In this document: positions 51,401-63,470 of the stretch, one piece after another
Layout of the letters: each line of letters starts with the position of its first letter
Position numbering within the stretch: position 1 is the stretch's first letter
Source of the DNA: Chiloscyllium plagiosum
Lineage: Eukaryota
Length of the DNA: 64,000 nt
Reading direction: 5' to 3'
Assembly: GCF_004010195.1 (NCBI RefSeq)
Contig: NC_057756.1
Coordinates: 4,247,603 to 4,311,602 of the forward strand
The notes under the pieces: model-generated
The model's input: the letters and a program-made list of their open reading frames with translations, nothing else
What the model was told of the DNA's origin: nothing
Database searches by the model: none
Program-made: the position numbers and the translations under genes

Positions 51401-54120
51401 CAGAGATAATGGACTTGGGTGAAAGCTGTATTTTTCTTTCACTGAAAAATGAGCCTTAGATATGTTCACCTACTTGACAATTAGGTCAGCGTGACACGAG
51501 AAGACGCAATACTATATTTTAAACAATAAACCATTGATACATGGCATTTATAGGGTGGAAACAACAATGATACTTCTGTTGCTTTACTGATACTTCGAGC
51601 CCTTGATTATTAGTTAGAGGCACAGTTTGGCACTATGTTGTTCCTGGTCCCGAATGCTGCACTTACATTCTGTACTCTTTGAACGTTATGATGGGCCAAG
51701 CTGTTCACATACGCCTGGAGGCTGAAAAGTTCCGGCAGGAAGGGAAACTGTTTCATGATTCTAACCCTCGGGATGGCTAGGATGGCTCCTCAGCGAATCT
51801 TGGGTCTCGTACCTTTTCCATGCTTTCATCATGCTCATTACAATTGTTATATTAGTTGCGTTCTTATGGCTCTTCTTAACTGATGTTTTGAAGTTCTGAC
51901 TGCGAGAATTATGCAGGGTGCTAGCAACCGCGTTGAGTCGCCGGGGGTCAGCCCATTGTCCCCTACTGATAATTACTGTGTGTAGGTGGTCTGTTCGACA
52001 TGCTCCCGCATGTCTCGGAGTACAAGGCGGGGTCTGAATATGGAAAATCAACGGTTAAAAATCAAATGCTTTCAGACCACGTATGTGACGAAGTGGATAT
52101 CGTAGGGTGTAGGGATTGCGTCTGCAAGTCATCGAGACTATAAAGATAATTGTACCTTTGTTCACTGACAGACAGAGTGGTCGCGGCTCGTGGTTAGGGT
52201 AATGGAAGCAATGCTACCTCTCCCAAAATCATTTGTTTAATAAACTACAATTTTACTTGCTTCTATACTTTCGATTTTCGATTAATTTAACTTCCACAAA
52301 TGTTAAATATTAATATTTTAAATTGGAGAAGGGTGACAAACCTGTTGATGTTAAGTCACCTCAAGTGAAATTCAGGAAATACACTGCAACAGTGAACAAA
52401 CGTAAATAATTAAAAGCAAATGCAAAGACTTCTGAGCAGGTCAGTTTCTGACATTATGTAAGCAAACATCATAAGAATATAATTGCTTCCGAATTAAGCA
52501 GTAATGGTCCCGTTCAACATTAAATGTCAAAATACTTCTAGTGTAATTGGTGCTACACATTGTGAACAGTTTCATCCAAGGGTAGGCTTCTTGCTACATT
52601 GACGTATGACTGTAGCTGGTATGTGGCAATTTTAACACTTGCCACCCCAAATGAAATGTACTCAAGCACGAGATTGCTGCTGGCAATTATGCAAAAGTTC
52701 GCTTGTAAAATGCGTATTAAGCCATAGGAAGCATTTAAGAATGTTGAAGCCTCTTAGACTTATATTGGTGAGTACAGTAAGCCATAAGGTGGCAGTTTCA
52801 AAATTTGGACAAATATTCTGCGAGGCAGATAGCCTTTGGGCGTACATTAAACTGGAACTTTGTATTTATATCATAATTTTCGGTTCCCTCGTTACCATCT
52901 GTTCAGAGGAGGCCATGTAATTCACATGCCACGTATGTGACTAGATACTATGGTCTTGACGTGAGGGTGAGAGAACATCCCAGAAGAATATAACAAGAAC
53001 TGATAAAATTGGATACTTGGTGACCATTCCCTCAGTGTTGAACTGATATGGCCCCATTGCGTAAAACTGATTAACTAGAGAGGGACAAAGAAAGAGCTAC
53101 CTCGATAAAGACCAAACGTTGCTCAGATCATCAGTGCTGAGAATGCAATCTTTCAATTGCATGGGTGGTACCTGGTCCTCGCATGGTAACCATTAGTTGT
53201 ACATTAAAGGATTGTGCTAAAGATTTAACATTCTGAAAGATAAAATAATTAAGGCAAGAACCAGGAATTCTCCTCAGAATGAGCAGGATTTTAGCCTATT
53301 GTCCCCTTTATGTTTTAGTATGAATTGTCTGCAGAACATGCATTGAATTAAGAATTGAGTCCAGCTATGTTTCTCGTCTCATAAATACAGTACCAGAGTA
53401 AAACACATTTATGTTGCAACTTGGTTTGGATGAATAAAAAAGTAAAGAAGTCGAATTTTCATCTTTTACCTTTAACTTTAGAAACTTGAAAATATTTTCT
53501 TCATTCCATTGTTTGATTAGGAACTGATCAAGATCAGGAAAACATGTCAGAAAAGTAACAGACTGAAAATTGTGTTCACTAGATAATGTGATGAACAATT
53601 TTCATTGAAGTAAGCAGGCATTATTAAGGTTTAATTAAATGAAAGCGATCTAATGTTAATTATGAATGTCAAAGCATTGTTCAGGATGAATGGGTCAAAA
53701 CTGCCAACTGATTTTCCCACGATAGAATGCAAAACAAGGATCATGATTTCAAAAAGATGATCGAACATTACGTTTAATATGTGAAAACGTTTGTTCATCA
53801 ATATGTTTGCATTAGGACTGACGGTGTTCACACAGAAAGCAGAAAATCTTTGTTGCAATGCTTGCATATAGAGTTCAGACTTTGGGAACATGATTTACAT
53901 TTTTGTGATAATTACCGAATATTGCAGGAATGGTAGAAAATTAGCTTGATGTATTTCATTAACAGTTTCTTCCTGAACATCGAATTTGAATAGATTGCGA
54001 GCTCATTAACTCTCGCAAGCTGTCTGATCGTCTGACCTTATATTATGTTATCGAATGTTTCTCAGCTTGAAGAATCAGTTTATTAATAAGCAGCGCAAAA
54101 CTTCTTATCTTGCCTTTCAG

Positions 54121-54156
54121 AGCTAGCCGAATCCGAGAAAATAATTAAAGATTTGG
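54121..54156 (+). CDS. 36-nt phase 1-1 micro-exon, ELAESEKIIKDL
   Basis: cttcttatcttgcctttcag|AGCTAGCCGAATCCGAGAAAATAATTAAAGATTTGG|gtgagt. Confidence 0.8.
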
Positions 54157-54653
54157 GTGAGTGTACTTGAATTTTGATGACATTAATGTTGTTCACCTTG
54201 AAGCATAGTATCCAATCATTGAATACACACAGTGTCTCTAATCAGTTATGCATTTTTGTTTCAGGAAGAAATAAATTGTATTATATCATCCAACACACAT
54301 TCATCAGCACAACTTCTACTGTGTCTCAAATAGAACTCACGTCCAAATATACGTTAAACTCATGCACAATGCATTCACACTCTTTGTGTCCTAAGGATGT
54401 TTATGTTGCAGATGAACATTAGAAATAATTGTCTCCAAAAACAATTCCAAAGTGACCAGTTGAAACACTGTAAGAACGATTTTGACCATCTGTTTGCAAC
54501 TGTCTATGTAAAATTCGCATTAAATTTTTCATTTTAGAAATGCAGGATGTAGTAGTAATCGAATGCAACATAGTCGATCAATTGATACATGTTGATCGTT
54601 GTTACTGCAATGATACAGACATGTATGCTCCAAGATTGTGACAATAAATCTGA

Positions 54654-54927
54654 GATGGATTGTTCCAAAGGGAATGCACAAACTTCGTACCCTGGTCGAG
54701 AAATTGCTACCCTGTCTAAACAAAAATAATCATTCCTGATTTAGATTTTCAGAATAAAAAGCGGGTGATTATGTGAAAAGCACCAAAGAAGATGGATTGT
54801 TCCAAAGGGAATGCACAAACTTCATACCCTGGTCGAGAAATTGCTACCCTGTCGAAACAAAAATAATCATTCCTGATTTAGATTTTCAGAATAAAAAGCG
54901 GGTGATTATGTGAAAAGCACCAAAGAA
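54654..54927. repeat. 137-bp tandem duplication (2 copies), unit A only
   Basis: gatggattgttccaaaggg...gcaccaaagaa at 54654 and 54791; single copy at about 61130-61265. Confidence 0.9.
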
Positions 54928-55602
54928 TAAAAGTATTCCAACTGAATGAGGCGTAAACTCATGCGTTTCATTTTCTTCTCTTTCCTATGATTATGGATTT
55001 TCATTGTAGAAAATGTTTGAAAGTTAAAACTGTGACGTTGTAATATCGCTAAGATAATTACTTTGTCCTTCCGAGGAATGAAGTCCCATTAAATTTCCTT
55101 GCATCTGTTACCAACGTTTCTCAATTTGTTCCTTAATCTGTTCATTCTTATACGTTCGTGAAATTTACGTTATCCAATGATTTCACAAAATTGTGGAGAA
55201 TTCAGATACATGTAACAATTTGCTTCTTTCAAACCAAGTATCTTCACTTTTTCTATGATTGTATTGATTGCAATTATTAGAGTGACCGTCGAGCACTAGG
55301 GATGGCTAAACAAATGGGGTTTTCATTGCTGTTTTCTTTGGATCTGGTAATCGGTATTCATTTGAATTTTCTCTTGTCCCTTATTAAGAATTTCCATTAC
55401 TTAAGTGTATAGTTAATAATACAAGGATGATGAACATGCATATAATGCCCTGTCTAATCAATTCTGCTAAGTGAGGAACATCAATATACGAAGTATCTCA
55501 ATCAAGGGATGGAAGCAATAACAATGAATTAATCAAAAATGTAATCAAATAAAAACGTAGAGTCTGTCCATGTATTTGCAATCCGTTGATGCACAACTGA
55601 AC

Positions 55603-56102
55603 NNNNNNNNNNNNNNNNNNNNNNNNNNNNNNNNNNNNNNNNNNNNNNNNNNNNNNNNNNNNNNNNNNNNNNNNNNNNNNNNNNNNNNNNNNNNNNNNNN
55701 NNNNNNNNNNNNNNNNNNNNNNNNNNNNNNNNNNNNNNNNNNNNNNNNNNNNNNNNNNNNNNNNNNNNNNNNNNNNNNNNNNNNNNNNNNNNNNNNNNNN
55801 NNNNNNNNNNNNNNNNNNNNNNNNNNNNNNNNNNNNNNNNNNNNNNNNNNNNNNNNNNNNNNNNNNNNNNNNNNNNNNNNNNNNNNNNNNNNNNNNNNNN
55901 NNNNNNNNNNNNNNNNNNNNNNNNNNNNNNNNNNNNNNNNNNNNNNNNNNNNNNNNNNNNNNNNNNNNNNNNNNNNNNNNNNNNNNNNNNNNNNNNNNNN
56001 NNNNNNNNNNNNNNNNNNNNNNNNNNNNNNNNNNNNNNNNNNNNNNNNNNNNNNNNNNNNNNNNNNNNNNNNNNNNNNNNNNNNNNNNNNNNNNNNNNNN
56101 NN
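55603..56102. other. Assembly gap (500 N)
   Basis: Run of N. Confidence 1.
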
Positions 56103-56125
56103 TCTGTCTTTATTTACAATAGTTC

Positions 56126-58580
56126 ATGTGGCAATGTTGATCGGAGATATGTTACAAATTACCAGGCATGAAATTAATGCGGAACATGAAGAGTTAAAAT
56201 AAATGCTTGCAAACTTTGTAACTAACATAGTGCATGTGAAAGAGAGTGGTGACTGTGTCTACACGCCATTGAGCGTATAAAAACACTGTGCCTTTTGTTC
56301 AGTGAGAGATAGTGTGGCCACGGCTAATGATTCGGGTCAAAAGTCATGCTGCATTTTCCAAAAGCGTTTGTATAATGAAACCTACTTTGAATTTCTTCTA
56401 AATTTGAGTAACGATTAAGGTTAACTACAGCAAAGTAAAAATACGAACGTGGTCCTGTTCACAAGCCCGAGTAGGATGGACACCGCTCTGGAGCAGGTGC
56501 AGAACTTTGGGCAAAGGCAAGTCTAACTACACGAACAGTACATCTGGTAAGATTGAATAAGAAAGTGCCTGTTTTGTGGCCTCTGAAGGTCATTGTTCCT
56601 GCCTGGGATGAAGGCCTAGAGTAAAATAAGCAGGATATGCAGAATGGATCACTCCATCAAACAGGCATCGCCAGACTCTGATGGGAATGTTTCTGAGTCA
56701 GAAGCGGCTGGTGGAAAAACACACAGCAGTAATAACTTGGGGATAAATGTGACCAAACGACAGAGGGTCGACGAGTATAAATCTATCATTATTATGGCAG
56801 AACAGAACATGAATGGGGAACCCGGGGTTTTCTCGTTACCCGGGATATGACAGGCAGACATTAACTCATTAAGCAGATGAAAAGCCCTAGATAAACCACG
56901 AAATTGACCTGTAAGTTTAAAAAAATAACGGACAAAGAAACTGGTGTCCTTTTAGTGTATTAGGTAGCCAGCCAAATCGGCCATACTTCAGAATCCACAA
57001 AGCGATGGATAGAAGAGTAAATAATCCTAGCATCACAATTTAGAAAAATAGGGATTAAAAGCCTATATGTGAAATTGGGTATTTTGGGAAATTCTCTGTG
57101 TTAATTGGTCAATTTGCTAAATTGTTATATACGAATTTAAGGACGTTTGGCTTGGATGTTTTTACGATTGAGATTGCGTGTGTTTTGGGTTTGGGGTGTG
57201 CGGTGGAGGGGGCACACTTTCAATAGAGTGGAAATTGATTCCCAAAATATGACTTTGTCCACGAATTGGAGAACTCGACGCAGAGAACTGACAAGGCGTT
57301 TCTATTTTATGGTTTTTAGTTGCATGAAACAATTCGCAGAGATTTTTTTCAAAAATAACTCCCTTTGGGGAAAGGAACTGATAGAGAAATGGAGTGAGTG
57401 AGGTAGAGAGACAGGTTCCTGTTTCTTGCTCTCATTGAACTAAGTGGAAACTTTTTGTTGTCAGTTGTGAATGTATTTTTGTTCAATGGTGGTTGCATGC
57501 GTTCTTGTGAAACATTTGTTTTGTTCCCTGAAACTCGAGACGTAGGAATGTTTTGAATTAGGTCTGATATGCTGCACTGACGTCCAGCAGACCCCACGGA
57601 ATGAGTGATAAGGAGGATAGGATTTACTTGTTTGCACTAATAGGGCGCAGATATTGTAACACGCTGGTGAACACAAGAGCCTTCATATCCATGACTGGCC
57701 TATCACAACTAAGGAAATTGTTGATGTGAATGGGTTAAATTGACATTGGACTCCTGTGTACTTGAGTAAGACCGATCTCATAGACATCAATAATCTGTTC
57801 ACACCGATGTAATTTCATGTGTGTTGAAACATTGAAGGACCTATTATGGGAAGCGACTTAATATAGGAATGTGACGACTTTATAGATTGTGGTAGGGGTG
57901 AAACAATACGGTTCTGTCCTGGTGGCAAAAAAAAGGAAGCCTTTGAAAGCCACTTGGGTGTTGTTCAAGCCACATCCACTACAGGGCCCAAATGGCTTCT
58001 GAATCCATACCGGGACAGCAGGAGATGACTAGGATGGCTACTCAGCGAATCTTGGGGCTCGTGCATTTTCCATGTTTTCATCATGCTCCTTATTATTGTT
58101 GAACTAGTTGAGTTTTTATGGCTATTCTCAACTGATGTGTGAAGGTTTGACTGCGAGAATTGCGCAGGGTGCTTGCCTCCACGTTGTGTCGCCGGGGGGA
58201 GGGGGGTTAACCGATTGTCCCCCTACTGATAATTACTGTATGTAGGTGGTCTATTCGCCATGCTCCCGCGTGTCTCGGAGCACAAGGCAGGGTCTGAATA
58301 TGGAAAATCAGCAGTTAAAAATCAAACAATTTTAGACCATGTAATTGATGAAGTGGATTTCGTAGGGCGTAGGGATTGTGACTGCACGTCATCGAGACTA
58401 TGAAAATATCTGTGCCTTTGTTCAGTGACAGACAGAGTTTTCACGGCTCGTGGTTAGGATGATGAAAATAATGCTGCCTCTCCCAGCAAATCTTTTGTTA
58501 AATAACATGCACTTCTACTTTCTTCTAAATTTTATGTTCGATAAATTTTAATTTCAACAAACGTGAAATGTTAATATTGT
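56126..58580 (+). mobile_element. Duplicated copy of the ERV with most of pol and env deleted
   Basis: Homologous to about 45093-46990 joined directly to about 51775-52310 at about 58027 (caggagatgactaggatggct). Confidence 0.8.
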
Positions 58581-59623
58581 ACATTGGAGAAGCGTGAGAG
58601 TCGTGTTGGTGGTAATTCACCTCAAGTGAATTTCAGGACCTTGACTGCAGCAGTGAACACACGTAAACGACTTAAAAACGAATGCAAAACACTTCTGAGC
58701 AGGTCAGATTCTGACATTATGTAAGCAAACATCATAAACAATTATGTGCTGCCCAATGGTGCTCCGCAAATACGAACAGTTTCATCCAAGGAGAAGCTTG
58801 TTGCTAAATTGATGTATGACTGTAGCTGGTATGTGGCAATTTTAACACTTGCCACCCCTAACTGAAATAAACGCAAGCACGAGATTGCTGCTGGACAATG
58901 ATGTAAAAGGCCGCTTGTAAAATGTGTATTAAGCCATAGGAAGCATCGAAGATTGATGAAGCCTCTTACACTTATAATGGCGAGTACAGTAAGCCATAAG
59001 GTGGCAGTTTCAAAATTTGGACAAATGTTCTGCGAGGAAGATAGCCTTTGTACGTACATTAATCTGGAACTTTGCATTTTTATCATAAGATGTGGTTCCC
59101 TCATCACCATCTGTTCAGAGGAGGCCTAGTAATTTACATGCAATGTATATGACTGGACGTTATGGTCTCGATGAGACGGTGAGAGAACAGTCCAGAAGAA
59201 TAAAGGATGAATTGATAGAGTTGGATACTTGGTGGCCATTCCCTCAGTGAAGAATTGATATGGCCCCGTAGAGTAATTCTGATCAACTGGAGAGGGACAA
59301 AGAAAGAGCTACCACGAGACAGACCAAACGTTGCTTAGATCATCAGTGCTGAGGATGCAATCTGTCTAAATTTCAATTGCACGAGTGATACCTGGTCCTA
59401 GCATGGTAGCCGTTAGTAGTACTTAAAAGGATTGTGCTAAAAATTTAATATTGCGAAAGATAGAATAATTCAGGCAAGAATCAGGAATTCTCCTCAGATT
59501 GAGCAGGATTTTAGATAGTATTAGCCCATATGCCCCCTGTATGTTTTAGTATGATTTGTCTTCAGAACTTGCATTGAATTAACAATTCAGTCTAGCTAGG
59601 TTTCCTGTCTCACAAAGACAGTA

Positions 59624-59855
59624 GGAGAAAGTGAGGTCTGCAGATGCTCGAGATCAGAGCTGGAAATGTGTTGCTGGAAAAGCGCAGCAGGTCAGGCAGC
59701 ATCCAGGGAACAGGAGAGTCGACGTTTCGGGAAAATCAGCATTTGATTCTCCTGTTCCCTGGATTCCTGAAGAAGGGTTTATGCCCGAAACGTCGATTCT
59801 CCTGTTCCCTGGATGCTGCCTGACCTGCTGCGCTTTTCCAGCAACACATTTCCAG
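59624..59855. mobile_element. Fold-back Penelope-derived insertion with 15-bp target-site duplication, unit B only
   Basis: Inverted arms 59657-59731 and 59784-59858; ctcacaaagacagta at 59609-59623 and 59856-59870; empty site at about 53378-53392. Confidence 0.9.
59767..59794 (+). ncRNA. Minimal hammerhead ribozyme motif
   Basis: CTGAAGA-a-gggt(ttat)gccc-GAAA-cg-TC. Confidence 0.55.
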
Positions 59856-60596
59856 CTCACAAAGACAGTACCAGAGTAAAGCACATTTATGTTGCAAATT
59901 GGTTTGCATGAATAAAAAAACGAAGAAGTCGACTTTTCCTATTTTAGCTTAAACTTTGAAAACTTGAAAATATTTTCTTTATTCCACTATTTGATTAGGA
60001 ACTGCTCAAGATCAGGAAAACATGTCAAAAAAGTAAAAGACTGAAATTTGTGTTCACTAGACAATACGATGAGCAATTTTCATTGAAGAAAACAGGCATT
60101 ATTAAAGTTTTATTAAATGAAAGAGATCTAATGTTAACTATGAATGTCAAAACATTATTCAGGATGAATGAGCCAATGTGGACAACTGATTGTCAATGAT
60201 AAATTGCAGAACAAGAACCAAAAAGATGATCGAACATTACATTTGAGATGCGAAAACGTTTATTCATCAACACGTTTGCATTAGGACTACCGGTGTTCAC
60301 ATAGAAAGGTACACAGACTCTGCTGCAATGCTTGCATATAGAGATCATACTTTGGGAACATAAAATGATTTAGATTTTTGCGATGATTACTGAATATTGC
60401 AGTAACGGTAGAAAATGACCTTGATGTATTTCATTAACCAGTTTCTTCCTGAAAATCGAATTTGAATAAATTGCTAACTCATTAACTCTCGCAAGCTGTT
60501 TGGTCCTCTGAGCTTATGTTATGTTATCGAATGTTTCTCAGCTTGAAGAATAAGTTTAATAATAACCAATGCAAACTTTCATATCTTGCCTTTCAG

Positions 60597-60632
60597 AGCT
60601 AGCCGAATGCAAGAAAACAATTAAAGACTTGG
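60597..60632 (+). CDS. 36-nt phase 1-1 micro-exon, ELAECKKTIKDL (paralogue of 54121 exon)
   Basis: catatcttgcctttcag|AGCTAGCCGAATGCAAGAAAACAATTAAAGACTTGG|gtcagt; splice sites and frame kept in both duplicated copies. Confidence 0.78.
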
Positions 60633-61333
60633 GTCAGTGTACTTGAATTTTGATGATTTTACTGTTGTTCAGCTTGAAACGTAGTATCCAATCTTTGAAT
60701 AAACTCAGTGTATCTAATCAGTTATGCATTTTTGTTTCAGATATTAAGAAATGCTATTATATCATCCAACACACATTCATTAGCACAACTTCTACTGTGT
60801 CTCAAATAAAACTCACGTCCAAATATACATTAAACTCATGTTCGATGCATTCACACTCATTATGTACTGATTATGTTTATATTGCGGATCAACATTAGAA
60901 ATAACTGACTCAAAACACAATTCCAAAGTGACAAGATGAAGCACTGTAAGACAATTATGACCATCTGTGTGCAACTGTCTATGTAAAATTCGTGTTAAAG
61001 TTTCCAATTTAGAAATGCAGGATGTAGTAGTATCTGCATGCAAGATCGTCGATCAATTGATTCATGTTGGATCGTTGTTACTGCAATGATATCAGACATG
61101 TTTGCTCCAAGATTGAGATCATAAATGTGAGATGATTTGTTCTGAAGTGAATGTCCAATTTCGAACCTGGTCAAGAAATTGCTACGCTGTCTAAACAAAA
61201 ATAATTACTACTGATTTCGATGTTCAAAATAAAAAGCCAGTGATTATGAGAAAAGCAACAAAGAATGAAAGTATTCCAACTGAATGAGACGTTACCTCAT
61301 GAGTTTCATTTTCCTCTCTTTCCTATGATTATG

Positions 61334-61546
61334 AAGGGTGGTACATGTATGGAATGAGCTACCAGAAGATGTGGTGGAGGCTGGGACAATTGCAAAATTT
61401 AAGAGGCATTTGGATGAGTACATAAGTAGAAAGGCTTTTGAGGAATATGGGCCGGGTGCTGGCAGTGGGAATAGATTGGGTCGGCATTGACTGTTTGGAC
61501 CGTAAGGTCTGTTTCCATGCTGTTCATCTATCTGACTCTATGACTC
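61334..61546 (+). mobile_element. CR1 3' end insertion, unit B only
   Basis: tggaatgagctaccagaagatgtggtggaggctgggacaattg...ctgactctatgactc; absent at about 54995. Confidence 0.85.
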
Positions 61547-62249
61547 AAAATGTTTGAAAATTAAAACTGTGATGTTGTAATATCATTAAGATAATTACTT
61601 TGCCCTTCCGAGAAATGAAGTCACATTACATTTCCTTTATCTGTTACCAACTTTTCTCAATTAGTTTTTTAATCTATTCATTCTTATACATTCTTGAAAT
61701 CTACGTTATCCAATGATTTCACAACATTCTGGAGAATTCAGACACATGTCACAATTTGCTGCTTTCAAACAAAGTTTATTCACTTTTTCTATAATCATAT
61801 TGATTGTAATTATTAGAGTGACCGCTGAGCACTAGGGATGGTTAAACAAATAGTTTTCAGGCCAATTCGCTTTCGATCTGGTAATCTGTAATCATTTGAT
61901 TTTTTTCTTACCCCCTTATTAATTATTTCTATTACTTCAGTGTATAGTTAATAATACAACAATGAATGTGCAGATAATGTCCTGTCTAATCTATTCCTAT
62001 AAGTGAGGAACATCAATGTACGTAGTATGTCAATTAAGAGCTGGAAGCAATAACAATGCATTGATCATAAATGCAATCAAATGTATACGTAGAGTCATTC
62101 CATCCATTTGCAATCAGATGATGCACAACTGAACTGTATGGAACACAAATGTGACAATTTGTAATACGTTATTCTGGTATTAAGTAATCTGAACCAAGTA
62201 GTACGCATTATGTAAAGAATGTAATATTCAATACATAAAGATGACATAG

Positions 62250-63470
62250 TTAAAAATCACACAACACTAGGTTACAGTCCAACAGGTTTAATTGGAAGCA
62301 CGCTAGCTTTCGGAGCATCGCCCCTTCATCAGGTGGTAGTGGAGGGCTCAATCCTAACACACAGAATTTACAGCAAAAATTTACAGTGTGATATAACTGA
62401 AATTATACATTGAAAAATTGATTGTCTATTGAGCTTTTCATCTGTTAGAATACCGTGATAGCTTCACTCCTTCCATGTGTAAATCACAAAACCTTTTTTT
62501 TTAAAAAGTTGCATCCTCGGGTTAGCTGTTATCAATGGGTGATAGCTCGACAATATGTTGAAGGTGTTAGCCCCCTGTGTTCTCTGTCTATGCCATGACG
62601 CCTTGGACCATTCTCCAAGGTGGACTTCTGGACAGGCAGCAGAGAAAAGTGGCCGAGCAGAGGCTGATAGCTAAGTTCAGTATCCAAATGCAGGGCCTCA
62701 ACCGGGTCCTTGGGTTCATGTTAAATTTCAGGTGACCACCATTGTACTATGCACACACACAGATACTCCTACACACATACTCTCTCTCACACACAGGCAC
62801 TCCTATAAACACGGACGCACACACAGAAACTCACACACACCCTTACAGGCATACACATTCCCGCACTCACACATGCACCCCCTCCCTGATTTAAGACGCT
62901 CTGCACTCACCCCACACACACATACACTTTATCACACTCACAACCCCCAACCCAGGCAGACACAGACAAAGACCCACATGGACACATATATTTTCTGGGG
63001 TGAATTTGTACTTGCAGGGTGACATTGTACTTTGCTCAAAAACTGCATGCATTCATGTAGAACTCTGAGCTCAAAAACTGCATAAATTCATGTAAAACTC
63101 CGTTACCTCATTTTTTAGATTACAATCAATCTAAACATCATGGCATAGACAGAAAACACAGGGGACCAACACCTTCAACATATTGTCTAGCTATCACCCA
63201 TTGTTAACAGCTAAACCGAGAATGCAACATTTTAAAAAAAGATTTTGTGATTTACACATGAAAGAAGTGAAACTATCACAGTATTCGAACAGATGAAAAG
63301 CTTAACAGACAATCAATTTTCCAATGTATAATTTCAGTTACATCACACTATACATTTTTGCTATAAATCCTGTGTGTTAGGATTGAGCCATCTACTACCA
63401 CCTGATGAAAGAGCAACACTCCGAAAGCTAGTGTGCTTCCAATTAAACCTGTTGGATCTTAACCTGGTGT
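62250..63470 (+). mobile_element. 5'-truncated Penelope-like element with inverted terminal repeat
   Basis: Inverted repeats about 62264-62598 and 63138-63470; endonuclease C-terminus TILQGGLLDRQQRKVAEQRLIAKF...GLNRVLGFM (62607-62735); CA-rich UTR; hammerhead motifs at 62304-62332 (-) and 63402-63430 (+). Confidence 0.88.

Larger units (their letters stand above)
45093..52310 (+). mobile_element. Decayed class I (gamma/epsilon-like) endogenous retrovirus, LTR-gag-pro-pol-env-LTR
   Basis: Protease-like VVDT (about 46540); RT YFGYLISQG (about 47075); RNase H QMAELMALMQPC...IHIYTDSR (about 47720) and VVLKVKAHQ (about 49450); integrase HINYHPQSSTMVEHMN (50080); env RALDY*LEAQ and GPECCTYI (about 51600-51670); hydrophobic GWLLSESWVSYLFHAFIMLITIVILVAFLWLFL (about 51780); diverged LTR-like direct repeats about 45093-45320 and 52085-52310. 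Confidence 0.8.
45070..62135 (+). repeat. Tandem segmental duplication: unit A about 45070-55602, unit B about 56103-62135
   Basis: Collinear homology throughout, e.g. 45540/56644 atggatcact...caggcatcgccagactctgatggg; 52610/58820; 54121/60597; 55590/62122 gcacaactgaac. Confidence 0.95.

Noticed and set aside
54265..54280. Acceptor-like tttttgtttcag downstream of the 36-nt exon in both units
   Set aside because: No conserved donor or reading frame between the two copies
55570..56202. 210-aa ORF
   Set aside because: Artefact of translating through the N gap
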